A stretch of 64,000 nt of DNA from contig JBEPUC010000018.1 of assembly GCA_041691675.1 (NCBI GenBank), forward strand, positions 1,363-65,362, written 5' to 3'. Positions 31,065-42,160 of this stretch are shown here, in pieces. Below the pieces are notes generated by a model that was not told where the DNA came from, did not search any database, and saw nothing but the letters and a program-made list of their open reading frames with translations. This DNA comes from Hyphomicrobiales bacterium. GTDB taxonomy: Bacteria; Pseudomonadota; Alphaproteobacteria; Rhizobiales; Xanthobacteraceae. A program made the translations under genes and the position numbers. Position 1 is the stretch's first letter; each line of letters begins with the position of its first letter.

Positions 31065-34000
31065 TCGCGCGCCTGATTGCCGCCTCCGCGCGCAATATCA
31101 TGCTGGTCCTGATTGGCACAGTATTCGCCGTCGCGGCGGGGCTGTACGCCGTCTATCACCTGCCGCTCGATGCGATTCCGGACCTCTCCGATACCCAGGT
31201 CATCGTCTATACCGAATATCCCGGCCAAGCCCCGCAGGTGGTCGAAGATCAGGTCACCTATCCGCTGACCACGGCCATGCTGACCGTCCCGAAATCGCGG
31301 GTGGTGCGCGGGTTTTCTTATTTCGGGGTGTCTTTCGTCTATGTGATTTTTGAAGACGGCACGGATATCTATTGGGCGCGGTCGCGCGTCCTTGAATATC
31401 TCAATGCCGCGACCGGCAAATTGCCGTCCGGCGTTACCCCGACCATCGGCCCCGACGCTACGGGTGTCGGCTGGGTCTATCAATACGTGCTGCTCGCCAA
31501 AAACCGTTCGCTCGCCGAACTGCGCACATTGCAGGACTGGTACGTGCGTTATGGCCTCTCGCGCGCGCAAGGCGTGTCGGAAATCGCCAGCGTCGGCGGC
31601 TTCGTCAAGCAATACAACGTCGTCATCGACCCGCAACGCCTGCGCAGTTTTGATATTCCCTTAAGCAAGGTGCGTGACGCCATCCGCGCCAGCAATATGG
31701 ATGTCGGCGGACGGACCATCGAGCTTTCGGAGTTTGAATATGTCGTGCGCGGGCGTGGCTATCTCAAGGGCATTCCCGACCTAAAGAAAATCGTCCTGAA
31801 AGCCCAAGGTGGCACGCCCGTCCTGCTGGAAGATGTGGCCCGGGTTGAACTCGGCCCCGACGAGCGACGCGGCATCGCCGAACTCAATGGCGAGGGCGAA
31901 GTAGCCAGCGGCATTGTCCTGCAACGCTTTGGGTCCAACGCGCTCGATGTCATCGACAACGTCAAGGCGCGCCTCAAGGACATAACGGCCAGCCTGCCAT
32001 CGGGGGTCGATATCAAGGCGGTCTATGACCGCTCGAACCTCATTCACAGCGCCATCGACACATTGCGCCATACATTGTTTGAAGAAAGCATCGTCGTGGC
32101 GCTAGTGTGTTTTCTATTCTTGCTCCATGTGCGCAGCGCGTTGGTCGCGATATTGATGCTGCCGGTCGGCGTGCTGATGGCTTTTGCCGCGATGAAGGCC
32201 TTGGGGATGGGCTCCAATATCATGAGCCTTGGCGGAATCGCTATCGCGGTTGGTGCGATGGTCGATGCCGCGATCGTCATGATTGAAAACGCGCATAAGC
32301 GTCTGGAGCGCGCCCCGCCCGGCAAGCCACGTCTTGAAATTCTCGTTGAAGCGGCAAGCGAGGTCGGCCCAGCTCTTTTTTTCAGTCTGTTGATTATCAC
32401 CGTCTCGTTCCTGCCGATCTTTACACTGGAAGCGCAAGAGGGCCGCATGTTCAGCCCGCTGGCGTTCACCAAGACGTTTTCGATGGCGGCGGCGGCACTG
32501 CTATCGGTGACGCTGGTGCCTGCCCTCATGGTGATATGCGTGCGCGGGAAGATCATCCCCGAGCACAAGAATCCCTTAAACCGCTTTCTCATCTGGATTT
32601 ACCGCCCGGTCATCAAGGCTGTGCTGCACGCCAAGACACTGACCATCATTTTGGCGCTGGTTGTGCTGGGGATCAGCGCATGGCCCGCCAGCAAGCTCGG
32701 CAGTGAATTCATGCCCAATCTCAACGAGGGCACACTGTTCTATATGCCGACGACATTGCCGGGAATCTCTGTCACCAAGGCGGCGGATCTCTTGCAGATG
32801 CAAAACCGCATCATCAAGTCGTTCCCGGAAGTCGAGAGCGTCTACGGCAAAGCGGGCCGCGCTTCGACCGCGACCGATCCCGCGCCGATGGAAATGTTTG
32901 AGACCATCATCAACCTCACGCCCAAGGAGACCTGGCCCGCCGGCATGACCGTGGACAGCCTGATCGCGCAGATGGACAAGGCCTTGCAATTCCCCGGCGT
33001 TTCCAATGCATGGACCATGCCGATCAAGGCGCGCATCGATATGCTCTCGACCGGCATCCGCACGCCGGTCGGCATCAAGGTATTCGGCACTGACCTGAAT
33101 GACATGGAGCGGCTGGCCCGCGAGATCGAACAGGTCATCAAAACCGTGCCCGGCACATCGAGCGCCTATGCCGAACGCGTCATTGGCGGCTATTATCTCG
33201 ACATCACCCCGGATCGCGGCAAGCTCGCCCGCTACGGCCTGACGATGGGCGATGTCCAAAGCGTGATCGCCACGGCGCTGGGCGGCGAGACCGTCACCAC
33301 CACCGTCGAGGGCCGCGAACGCTACGGCGTCAATATCCGCTATCCGCGCGATTTGCGCAGCGACCCGAAATCGATTGCCAGCGATGTGCTGGTGTCCTTG
33401 CCCGCAGGCGGCACCGTGCCTCTGGGCGAGGTCGCGTCCGTCGCGCTGACGCGCGGGCCCACCACCATCCGCACCGAGAACGGCCAGTTGGCCGTCTATA
33501 TCTATGTCGATATCCGCGACCGCGATCTCGGCGGCTACGTCGCCGACGCGCAAAAAGCGGTCGCGGAAAAAGTCACATTCCCGCAAGGCTCCTATGTGAC
33601 ATGGAGCGGCCAGTTTGAATATCTGGAGCGTGCCAAGGCCCGCCTGCAAATCGTCGTGCCGATTACGCTGCTAATCATTTTCCTGCTGCTCTATCTCAAT
33701 TTCCGGGCCTTGACCGAAACCCTGATTGTGATGCTGTCGCTGCCCTTCGCGCTGGTCGGCGGGCTGTGGCTGCTGTGGGCGATGGGCTTCAATCTGTCGG
33801 TGGCGGTCGCGGTCGGCTTTATCGCCCTTGCGGGCGTCGCCGCCGAAACCGGCGTGGTCATGCTGATTTATCTCGAACATGCGCTGGCTGAAATCAAAGC
33901 CAAGCGTCTGGATGAGGGTCTTGCCCTCACGCGCGGCGATGTCGCCGACGCCGTCATGCTTGGCGCGGTCGAGCGCGTACGGCCCAAAATGATGACGGTG

Positions 34001-34186
34001 GTCGCCATCATGGCAGGCCTCTTGCCCATCATGTGGAGCACCGGCACCGGCTCTGAAGTCATGCAGCGCATTGCCGTACCGATGATCGGCGGCATGATAT
34101 CTTCAACGGTGCTGACGCTGGCGGTCATCCCCGCCATATTCGGCATCATCAAAGGCTGGAAGCTGCCGAAATCATCCGGCGTGTAG
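31061..34186 (+). CDS. cusA: CusA-type heavy-metal RND transporter
   Basis: LDAIPDLSDTQVI, GPDATGVGW, MPIKARIDML and RVRPKMMT motifs. Confidence 0.95.
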   Translation: MIARLIAASARNIMLVLIGTVFAVAAGLYAVYHLPLDAIPDLSDTQVIVYTEYPGQAPQVVEDQVTYPLTTAMLTVPKSRVVRGFSYFGVSFVYVIFEDGTDIYWARSRVLEYLNAATGKLPSGVTPTIGPDATGVGWVYQYVLLAKNRSLAELRTLQDWYVRYGLSRAQGVSEIASVGGFVKQYNVVIDPQRLRSFDIPLSKVRDAIRASNMDVGGRTIELSEFEYVVRGRGYLKGIPDLKKIVLKAQGGTPVLLEDVARVELGPDERRGIAELNGEGEVASGIVLQRFGSNALDVIDNVKARLKDITASLPSGVDIKAVYDRSNLIHSAIDTLRHTLFEESIVVALVCFLFLLHVRSALVAILMLPVGVLMAFAAMKALGMGSNIMSLGGIAIAVGAMVDAAIVMIENAHKRLERAPPGKPRLEILVEAASEVGPALFFSLLIITVSFLPIFTLEAQEGRMFSPLAFTKTFSMAAAALLSVTLVPALMVICVRGKIIPEHKNPLNRFLIWIYRPVIKAVLHAKTLTIILALVVLGISAWPASKLGSEFMPNLNEGTLFYMPTTLPGISVTKAADLLQMQNRIIKSFPEVESVYGKAGRASTATDPAPMEMFETIINLTPKETWPAGMTVDSLIAQMDKALQFPGVSNAWTMPIKARIDMLSTGIRTPVGIKVFGTDLNDMERLAREIEQVIKTVPGTSSAYAERVIGGYYLDITPDRGKLARYGLTMGDVQSVIATALGGETVTTTVEGRERYGVNIRYPRDLRSDPKSIASDVLVSLPAGGTVPLGEVASVALTRGPTTIRTENGQLAVYIYVDIRDRDLGGYVADAQKAVAEKVTFPQGSYVTWSGQFEYLERAKARLQIVVPITLLIIFLLLYLNFRALTETLIVMLSLPFALVGGLWLLWAMGFNLSVAVAVGFIALAGVAAETGVVMLIYLEHALAEIKAKRLDEGLALTRGDVADAVMLGAVERVRPKMMTVVAIMAGLLPIMWSTGTGSEVMQRIAVPMIGGMISSTVLTLAVIPAIFGIIKGWKLPKSSGV

Positions 34187-34187
34187 A

Positions 34188-34294
34188 CTAAAGCGTTTTC
34201 GAGCGAAGTGGATACCGGTTCGCGTGAAGAAAACGCGTCAACACAAGAAGCTGGAGCCCCGGCTTTGATTCCATCAAAGCCGGAAAGGCTCTAG
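34188..34294. repeat. MITE-like repeat family B copy 2
   Basis: CTAAAGCGTTTTCGAGCGAAGTGGATACCGGTTCGCGTGAAGAAAACGCG...GGCTCTAG, between convergent cusA and csp. Confidence 0.8.
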
Positions 34295-34620
34295 GCTGCC
34301 ATCTTGCGGCAGCTCTCCGCACATTTGCGGCACGATTCAACGCAGGCCTTCATATCGCCGATGCGTTCGCAGTCCTTGGCGCATTCGTCGCAAATCTCCG
34401 CGCATTCGCGGCAAGTGTGCTTGTGGTGCGGAGAGTTCATCAACATGAAATGTGCGCTGGTGCGGCAGATTTCGGCGCAGGCCATCATCAACCGGAAATG
34501 GGCGGGCTTGGTATGCTCGCCGCCCGTCTCAAGGCAATGGTTCATCGCCATGCCAAAGCAGGCCTGATAGCAGGACAGGCAATTGTCGATGCAAGATTGC
34601 ATAGTCGCGTTCGCAGCCAT
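34291..34620 (-). CDS. Four-helix-bundle copper storage protein (Csp3/DUF326-like)
   Basis: Many CxxxC/CxxC motifs (CLSCYQAC, CAEICR, CRECAEICDECAKDC, CVESCRKCAESC); no Tat signal. Confidence 0.88.
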   Translation of the reverse strand: MAANATMQSCIDNCLSCYQACFGMAMNHCLETGGEHTKPAHFRLMMACAEICRTSAHFMLMNSPHHKHTCRECAEICDECAKDCERIGDMKACVESCRKCAESCRKMAA

Positions 34621-34841
34621 GGGAACCATCCGCGTTTAAGGTTGATCACGCTGCTCCAACGCTTCGCGCGGCCGGGAGTTCACTAAATCGATCCGGCCGC
34701 CTTCGTGTTGAGCCCGCGCGCGGGATAGTCACCCGAAGAGCCGAGATGCTCCCGGTCAGGGCATTAAACAAATGGTGCGGACGGAGGGACACTACGCACT
34801 AGAAAGATTAACCAATAAAACTCAATGTTTTACGTCGCGGC

Positions 34842-34876
34842 TGACATTTTGGTATGACATTTTGGTATGACATTTT
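34842..34876 (+). repeat. Tandem 13-mer, probable integrase arm-type sites
   Basis: TGACATTTTGGTA x2 plus TGACATTTT, lying between the att repeat and the integrase stub start. Confidence 0.6.
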
Positions 34877-34886
34877 TGAGGCCGTC

Positions 34887-35369
34887 ATGAAGTCATATCT
34901 AGTGCAGCCCAAGGGCAAAGGCTACGCATTTCGCCTCGCCGTTCCTCAGAGCTTGCGAGGACGTTTCCCATCGCGCCAAGGAAGGCCCTTACGCCAGATC
35001 ACCGAAGGGCTCGGCACCGATAGCCGGAAGGAAGCCGAACGCCTCGCCGCCAAGCGCCTCTCCCATTGGCAGTCCGTATTCGACCGCGCTCGCCGCGCTG
35101 TGCCGTTCACCCTTGCCGAAATTCAGGATGCTGCGGTCGAGTGCTACAGGGCCACGGTTTCTCAGCTATCCGGTGTTGCCGATACCATGGCTGACCTGAT
35201 CGGCACCGAACGGGAATGGTTGCAATCACTGGTACGGGTCACGGGGCTAGCCTTGGCCAATGATGATTTCAAAATGGCGACGGCGCACATAGAAGCCGTA
35301 GAGCGGCGGCACGGCGTCACCATAGCGAAAGGGTCGCCAAAAGGCATTCGAGATCATATGCCTGTCTGA
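34887..35369 (+). pseudogene. Truncated DUF6538-type integrase (N-terminal domain only)
   Basis: YAFRLAVPQSLR...EGLGTDSRKEAERLA. Stops at about 160 aa with no catalytic domain. Confidence 0.7.
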
Positions 35370-35777
35370 CTTGGCGCTGTTCCTACGCGAGCCAGAAGCC
35401 GTAATTGCACGTCACAAACTACTATGATTTCGAGGCTCTGTGCCTGAGAAGTACCAACGACCACACGATCATGAGCGCGTCCGATCCGTCGAAAAGATGC
35501 GCCGCGCTTGGGAAACCGGATGGCCTTTTGGTCGTGCGCTACTTCAATGCTCGGCTTTCAGCAATCGGTCGGCGGGCTTCTGGCCCACTATCGGCACTGC
35601 GCTCGCCGCCCAAACATTCTTGGGTGGTGAAACTATGCGATAGCTGCGGGACCGTGGTTGATTTTGATTTGCGAATGAAGCCGCGCGACCCCGAGGCTTC
35701 AATCCGCGTCGTGTAGGCTTGGCGGCACGCTCATCGATTTAAACACCGCCCTTAAATCTTTAATTGAGGAGATTGCA

Positions 35778-36677
35778 TTGCTTATACCTCCGTTCTTTAT
35801 CGATTGCGTCGTCGCGCTCGGCAATATTCGTGCAATTCCGCAAACCGTTGGGCAACCAGCCACAGAACAATGGACGACCACGGGAACAGGCTTCTTCTAC
35901 GGCGCCGCAATTGATCGGAGCGCGTCCTTACATCGCTATCGGATATTTTTAATAACGGCGAAGCATGTTGTTCAATCTTATATCGATAAAGCTTCTGATA
36001 TTCGTGTGCGTGTGAATTCAAAGGATGCAAGCAAGCCAGTGCAAGATTTCGAACTGCCGCATGTTGCGGAGAGCGCCGGAAATTGGTTCTTTCATCCGGG
36101 TGGGATTGACGTCGCAGTTATTTCGGTGAATTGGGAATTTTTAAAAGCAAACAAGATTGAGCCTCACTTTTTTGCAGACAACAATTCCGCTTCCAATCGC
36201 GCCATCTTGATAGACCGCCAAGTTGCGGCAGGTGACGCAATCTATGTATTGGGCTTTCCAATGGGATTAACTGGAGAGCAGCGCAATCAAGTCATTGTTC
36301 GCCAAGGCTGCATTGCCCGCATTAGCGACATGCTCGATGGCGCTGCGCCCGACTTTTTAATCGACGCGTCGGTATATCCCGGCAACAGTGGCGGCCCCGT
36401 AATACTTCGGCCAGAAGTAGTCGCAATCGAACAAACAAAAAGCCAGCCGACCGCAACCTTGCTCGGTCTAGTCAGCAGCTATCTACCTTATGTAGACATC
36501 GCAATTAGCGTCCAGACAAATCAACCACGTATTAGCTTTCAGGAAAACTCCGGGCTCGCTTCAATATTGCCCGTCGATTATATTGACGAGACGATTGCAG
36601 CGTATCTCGCAGCGTTCCCGACAGCGCATCCGATTGAACCTGAAATCCCCCCAGCAGTCGATGTCGAAAAAGTCTAG
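35778..36677 (+). CDS. Trypsin-like serine protease (Trypsin_2)
   Basis: TGTGFF, LITAKHV (His), DVAV (Asp), VLGFP and GNSGGP (Ser); lower GC. Confidence 0.88.
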   Translation: MLIPPFFIDCVVALGNIRAIPQTVGQPATEQWTTTGTGFFYGAAIDRSASLHRYRIFLITAKHVVQSYIDKASDIRVRVNSKDASKPVQDFELPHVAESAGNWFFHPGGIDVAVISVNWEFLKANKIEPHFFADNNSASNRAILIDRQVAAGDAIYVLGFPMGLTGEQRNQVIVRQGCIARISDMLDGAAPDFLIDASVYPGNSGGPVILRPEVVAIEQTKSQPTATLLGLVSSYLPYVDIAISVQTNQPRISFQENSGLASILPVDYIDETIAAYLAAFPTAHPIEPEIPPAVDVEKV

Positions 36678-37014
36678 GCCTCTGCATGGCGCGGGGCGGT
36701 TCGTTCGCCGACCGCCTTTCTAGCGAGAGCCGCGCGTGAGCCGGGTTGGATAAAACTATACCCGCGAGAGCGAGTGCGGGGGTGGCCCCACCCTACCCCC
36801 GGTCTTTTGACCAAGCCCCCTCGATCATTCTGAGCGCGCGATGCCGTCGCCACGCATGGACTAGCGCGGGCCGGCGAAGGCACCGATTGTCTGACGTTCA
36901 TTCCAGCTTGGCCGCACGTCTGCACCGCGATGCCCGCACTGCTCACACCGCAGGCGTGGCCCGAACGATGGCACAGTGACATCATCCGCGTAGCCGCTGA
37001 CATCAAGCACGCTC

Positions 37015-38513
37015 CGATGATGGCAGCTGCGGCCATGCGCCTCAATTCCTCGACGGCCACGGGGCCATCAGCCAGCACCGCCAGCAGGAACGCCTCGGCC
37101 TTGTCCTGCTTGTTGCCCTTGCCGTAGTTCGGATCGAAAGCCTCGGCAGCGGTGATAGCCACTTCGCTGTCCCATATGACGCGCGGATGTTGCTCAATGC
37201 TACCGTCAGCCATCGTGACGGGCGTCGCCTCGATACGATAGGCCAAATTGGGGATGTTGCGCGGGGCAAGATTGTTCTTGCCGCGCATGAACAGGAAGCG
37301 CCCGCTCTCCTGCCCATCATCGCCGCGCTCCGGCGTAACAAGGATCACGGAGCGCGCCGCAGCACCGACAGCATGGCTACCGTTGAGGCGGTTGATGGCG
37401 TTTCCGCTTCCGTTGCCCTTGTTCAAGTGCTGGATGCCGAAGATCGTGACGTGATTGTTTTCGGCCCACTCGGCCAGCGGCGTCAGGAGGCGGCGCAGCT
37501 CGGAGGCGTTGTTGCCATCGACACCGGCCCCGTAATAGGCGTTCAACGGATCAATGGTGATCAGCCGCACGCGCGGCTCACCGGCTTTGTGTAGTTCCTC
37601 CATCTTGGCCTGGAGGTTTGGCAGATCGAGCCAGAGATCAAACACGCGGGCTCCATCCTCGATCCGCACCATCGGTTTGACACGGTGGATCAATCGCATG
37701 TCAGCGCCGGCAGCGACCAGACGAGGGCCGAGGACTTTCGCAGCCCCATCCTCAGCATTGAGGATAAGCACCGAGCCTTTGTCGGCTTTGCCCCCGCTCA
37801 ACGGCATATCGCCGCCCTTCGTGACCGCAGCGACTAGGCCAGCAACTAACGTGCTCTTGCCGCAGTCTGGATCGCCTCCGATCAGCGAGAGCATGTCGGA
37901 AGGGATGCGCGGCTTCCACAGCCAGGTAATAGCTTGCAATTTGACATCGCTCATGCGTTCGAACGCAACGCCGCCAAAATCCGCACCCGGCACAGTAGCA
38001 GGGCTATCGGTGTGCGGCATCAGCGTTGCCGTCTCGTCAGTCTGCGCCTGCGATAGCCCAGAAAATGTTTCGGACGCCGGCAGCCGATACTCGCTTCCGC
38101 GCTCGTTCTCAGCCGAGTTTTCCGCACTGCGGATGAACTGTTGCAGATCGCCTTCATCCCACTCCGGCTCGCATCGCGGGTTCCAGATGTCGCGCATCAG
38201 CGTGAGCATCGTTTCATCGCTAAGGCCGGCGTCACGCAAGAAAGCGGCGGTCTTAAAGCCGGTGTTGTTTCCATCAATGCCGGAAGTGCCAACGGGGCAC
38301 GTTTGCAGCCAACGCTTCGCCACCGCGATCATGTGCGGCGCATCAATCGCAACGCCTTCCGGCGCCGACTTCACGGTGGCCACAGCAACAGTTTCCGGGA
38401 TGCCGTCGAGAACTTCGGCAATCGTCGGCAGCCCGAACATCCGGGCATCCGGATCGCCAGTCGCCTCAAAGCTGACGAGGAACGGCGCACCCTTTTGATG
38501 CAGCGTGCCGGGC
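37015..38513 (-). pseudogene. Primase-helicase fragment (PriCT-like plus AAA_25/RepA-type helicase)
   Basis: PGTLHQK primase remnant, WNPRCEPEW, GDPDCGKST Walker A, ITIDPL Walker B and HLNK. The N-terminus is lost and the C-terminus degenerates near 37015. Confidence 0.75.
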
Positions 38514-40013
38514 AAGTACCATCAGGTTCTCGGTGTTAACCTCGCCATCGAGGCGGTGAAGCAGATCGGCGAGAACAATGGCCGTCTCGGCGTCTTCTGG
38601 CATACGCAGGGCAGCGGCAAGTCCCTCTCGATGGTGATGTTCGCCGAGAAGGTCCTGCGGCGAATGGGTGGCAACTGGACCTTCGTCATCATCACTGACC
38701 GGCAAGAGCTGGACGACCAGATCGCGGGAACCTTCGCCTCGGTCGGAGCGCTCACCAAGCTCGTCAAAGATTGTCAGGCGCAAAGCCGCGTCCACCTGCG
38801 CGAACTGCTGGCAGGCCAGGAACGGTATGTCTTCACGTTGATCCACAAGTTCTCGACAGCCGACCGAGAGCCTATGCCGGTCCTGTCAGAGCGCGACGAC
38901 ATTATCGTCATTACCGACGAAGCCCACCGCAGCCAATATGACCAGCTCGCCGCTAATATGCGCCGGGCGCTGCCTAACGCGGCGTTCATTGGCTTCACCG
39001 GTACGCCTCTCATCGCCGGGCAGGAGGAACGGACGCGCGAAGTATTCGGCGATTACGTCTCGGTCTACAACTTCGCCCAGTCCATCGCCGATGGCGCGAC
39101 AGTGCCGCTCTACTACGAGGCGCGGAAGCCCGAGCTGCAGCTCGCAGCCGAAGAGCTGAAGGACGAACTGGATGCGCTATTGGATGAGGCCGTGCTGGAC
39201 GAGGAGCAGGAGAAGAAGCTCCAGCAGACCTTCGGCAGGCAGTACCACCTGATCACGCGCAATGACCGCCTCGACGAGATCGCCACTGATCTCGTGCGCC
39301 ACTTCTCCGCGCGGGGGTATCTCGGCAAGGCGATGTTCGTCGCCATCGACAAGGCGACCGCCGTGCGAATGTATGACAAGGTGCGCAAGGCATGGGCGGC
39401 CGAATTGGCATCGCGGGAAGCGCAGTTCACCAAGGCCTCCATGGAGGCGCGGACTGGCCTCGCCGAACGTCTCGACTGGATGCGCGCCGTGGATATGGCG
39501 GTTGTCGTTAGCCAAGGGCAGAACGAGATCGACGACCTGAAGCAGAAGAGACTCGACATCCTGCCTCACAGAGAGCGGATGCAGAAGGAGGACCTTGAAA
39601 GCAAGTTTAAGGACCCTGACGACCCGCTCAGGCTGATATTCGTGTGCGCTATGTGGATCGTCGCCTCGATGGAGGAAGAGGAACGCCGGGCTTCGCGCGA
39701 GGGTCTGACCGAAGAGGAACTAGCGGTTTTTGACCTTCTGACGAGGCCGAAACCGAAGCTCTCGAAAGCGCAGGAAGTGGCGGTCAAAAAGGTGGCGCGA
39801 GAGCTGCTCGATAAGCTGCAGGCGCAGCTTGCCGTGGACCAATGGCAGGCAAAGCAGCAGACGCGCGCTGCCGTTCAAAGCACCATTCGGTTCACTCTGA
39901 ACGAGTTGCCAGAGGAGCCTTACCCGGAACCTGTGTGGAACGAGAAGGTGGACGCGGTGTGGGCGTTTATATTCGCAAGACAGTCGGCGGCAGCCGCTGA
40001 AGTGATGGGTTGA
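38514..40013 (+). pseudogene. hsdR: Type I restriction subunit HsdR fragment with an internal in-frame deletion
   Basis: WHTQGSGKS, DEAHRSQY and FTGTP. The sequence jumps from VCAMW (~39655) to the C-terminal EEEERRASREGLTEEELAVFDLL domain. No nuclease domain; no hsdM/S. Confidence 0.8.
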
Positions 40014-40017
40014 ACAG

Positions 40018-40206
40018 ATGACAAGCTCTAAGGACGCCTTGCCAGGTATCACTATATTGATGTTGGACATGGCGCTTAGCTGGCTTGACCGCGCAGCAGA
40101 AACCAATTGTGTGGACGAAGCCAGGGCTGCAATTTTGGAGGCAAAGAAAGGAATCAAACCGGTCTTCGAACTCGCTAGGAAAGCGGCCGCTGCCGAAAGC
40201 GAATGA
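40018..40206 (+). CDS. 62-aa helical hypothetical protein, homologous to 51981-52175
   Basis: Ungapped manual alignment, 14 of 50 identical. Confidence 0.6.
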   Translation: MTSSKDALPGITILMLDMALSWLDRAAETNCVDEARAAILEAKKGIKPVFELARKAAAAESE

Positions 40207-40220
40207 CCGAAGCGGATTTT

Positions 40221-41880
40221 TCATTCCGCCCTCGTCGCATCTGGAGTGCCGTCGTCAACATCAAGGACATATTGAGGAAACTTTCGCATTTCCAATACCA
40301 AATCCTCTAGCGAAGGTGTCTCGTATTTGTCTCCAACGGTACCTGGAGCATGCCCGCACATCGCATCCCTGACACGGCGCTCAATACCGGCACGCGCAGC
40401 CCGCCGTTTAAACGTATGCCGCCATGCGTGATTTGGGCTAATATTTTTGTCATCGACACCGAGAGAACGCACCCAGTCACCTATTTTTTGTCGAACAGAA
40501 ATCCAAGGTGCGCGCACAGGCCGTGTCGGATCAGTACTTTCTCGGCGCTTTTTTGCTCCATTGTAAAAGAGTGGACCAAGGCCCGCGCTCTGAACAAAGT
40601 CTATGAAGCCCTGATCGATAAGGTCGGTATGCAGAGGCACAGTTCTAGCCTTTCGCCCCTTAACCGCACCGGCCTCTGGCGTGATGTGCATTGTCCAAAA
40701 ACCAGCCTTGTGCTGTAGAAAATCCTCCTTACGGACTTGTGTTACCTCTCCCGGCCGTGAGCCCGTATAAGCACAAAGCCATGGCACCCACCGTCGAGCT
40801 GCAACCTGAAAACGACTTGTACGCGCTGTCGGCGCATCAAGCGACGCGCGAAGGATCGTCTTCCATTCACCCTCATTAAACTCACGACTGCGGAGCTCCT
40901 GTAGTTTGCGTGGAACCGCAATAGAAACGTCCTCAAAAGGATTGGCATCGATAATCTTGTTAGCCTTAGCCCATTCAAAGACGGTCGAAGCGGCACGCAA
41001 CCACACATCATTCGCGACTTCAGGCGATCTATTTGCTGTTACAAGTGTACCTTTCCAACTGATTGCGTCCTTATTTGAGATGGAGGCAATGTCTCTATCT
41101 GGGAAAACCTTTTCTAGAGCAAGAAAAACGGAGCGCCAGCGGTTAATGGTTGCTGGAGCAGGTCGTCTCTCTTTCACCCAGGCCTCGAAGACCTGCCAGC
41201 ATGTCACACCAGCGAGCTTCAAAAGACTGTCGGCCGATATCACCGGAAATCGTTGCGGCCGTGGGTCGACGCCGTAATCACCACTTGTCCGACGCTTTAA
41301 AAGCGCGAGCGCAGCCACATATTCGCTCTCGACCTTTTCCAGAAAAAGCTCTCTCGCGTCATCGGTCAGCTTGATCTCCCTTTCTGCAAGAAAGGTCTCC
41401 ATCTGGCCGCGCTCAACAAGATGGGCGTGAACATGGCGTCGGAGTGCGGGTAATTCCATCCACCTTGGATCGCTATCCGGATGGTCGGCATCGTCAGGAG
41501 CAAATCGTGCGTAGACCGCATCCAATTGATCGTAAATTAAATCCCAATGGTGAGATTCACCGGGATCATCCTCATAGCGGTCTACAAACCAGATGTACCA
41601 TTCGCCAGCCAGGCCGTGCGCTTCACGCTGGGTCAGGGAACGCCCCTCGCCCTTAGCAGCAGTTCGGAACGCGGCGATGCGGCCCGAGATAGCCGAGTCC
41701 CATTCTCGAAATTGCTGCTTGGCTTGATCTGATGGAAGGGTTCCTGGCCGGCGGAACCGCTCCTCGCGAGCTATCCCGTGGACCCGCTTGTAGGCGTCCC
41801 GGACGTCACCTGGGATGGCTTTACGGCCAAACCAATCGCCGTTTTTCGCTCGCTGTAATGAGGTCATCGGTACAAGCATT
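40221..41880 (-). CDS. Tyrosine recombinase/integrase with DUF6538 N-terminus
   Basis: YTGSRPGE (R), NHAWRH (HxxR), CGH and DKY catalytic residues; adjacent to the tRNA 3' end. Confidence 0.92.
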
Positions 41881-41962
41881 TGTAGCACCCTTTGTAGCGG
41901 TAGGGCGCTCAAACTCTCTGCTATCCCTCAACTATCTGAGGAAAAGGCATTTTCAACGCTAA

Positions 41963-42049
41963 TGGTGCGGACGGAGGGAATCGAACCCTCACGGGGTTAC
42001 CCCCAACGGATTTTAAGTCCGGTCTGTCTACCAATTCCAGCACGTCCGC
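41963..42049 (-). tRNA. tRNA-Leu (TAA), 87 nt, CCA encoded
   Basis: GCGGACG/CGTCCGC acceptor stem, anticodon loop CTTAAAA, long variable arm and GTTCGATT T-loop. Confidence 0.95.
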
Positions 42050-42160
42050 TCTTCACCATAGCTACCATTTCTTTTGATATCTCAATGTGTTATGCAATTC
42101 CGCCTAACCACCCCGATCCGTGCCTCACCACTGCACCACACAACATTTGATGGCTAGCCA

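Larger units (their letters stand above)
34771..41979. mobile_element. Element 1: decayed integrative satellite-like island at the tRNA-Leu 3' end
   Basis: 19-bp direct repeat AATGGTGCGGACGGAGGGA at 34771-34789 and 41961-41979; integrase, primase-helicase and defence-type fragments inside. Confidence 0.88.

Noticed and set aside
35405-35716. Short overlapping ORFs between the integrase stub and the protease
   Set aside because: No recognisable motifs or consistent frame; probably decayed sequence.
36674-37015. C-terminal ~110 aa of the 613-aa ORF as part of the helicase
   Set aside because: Loses family-like character after EELRRMAAA and reads like non-coding read-through.
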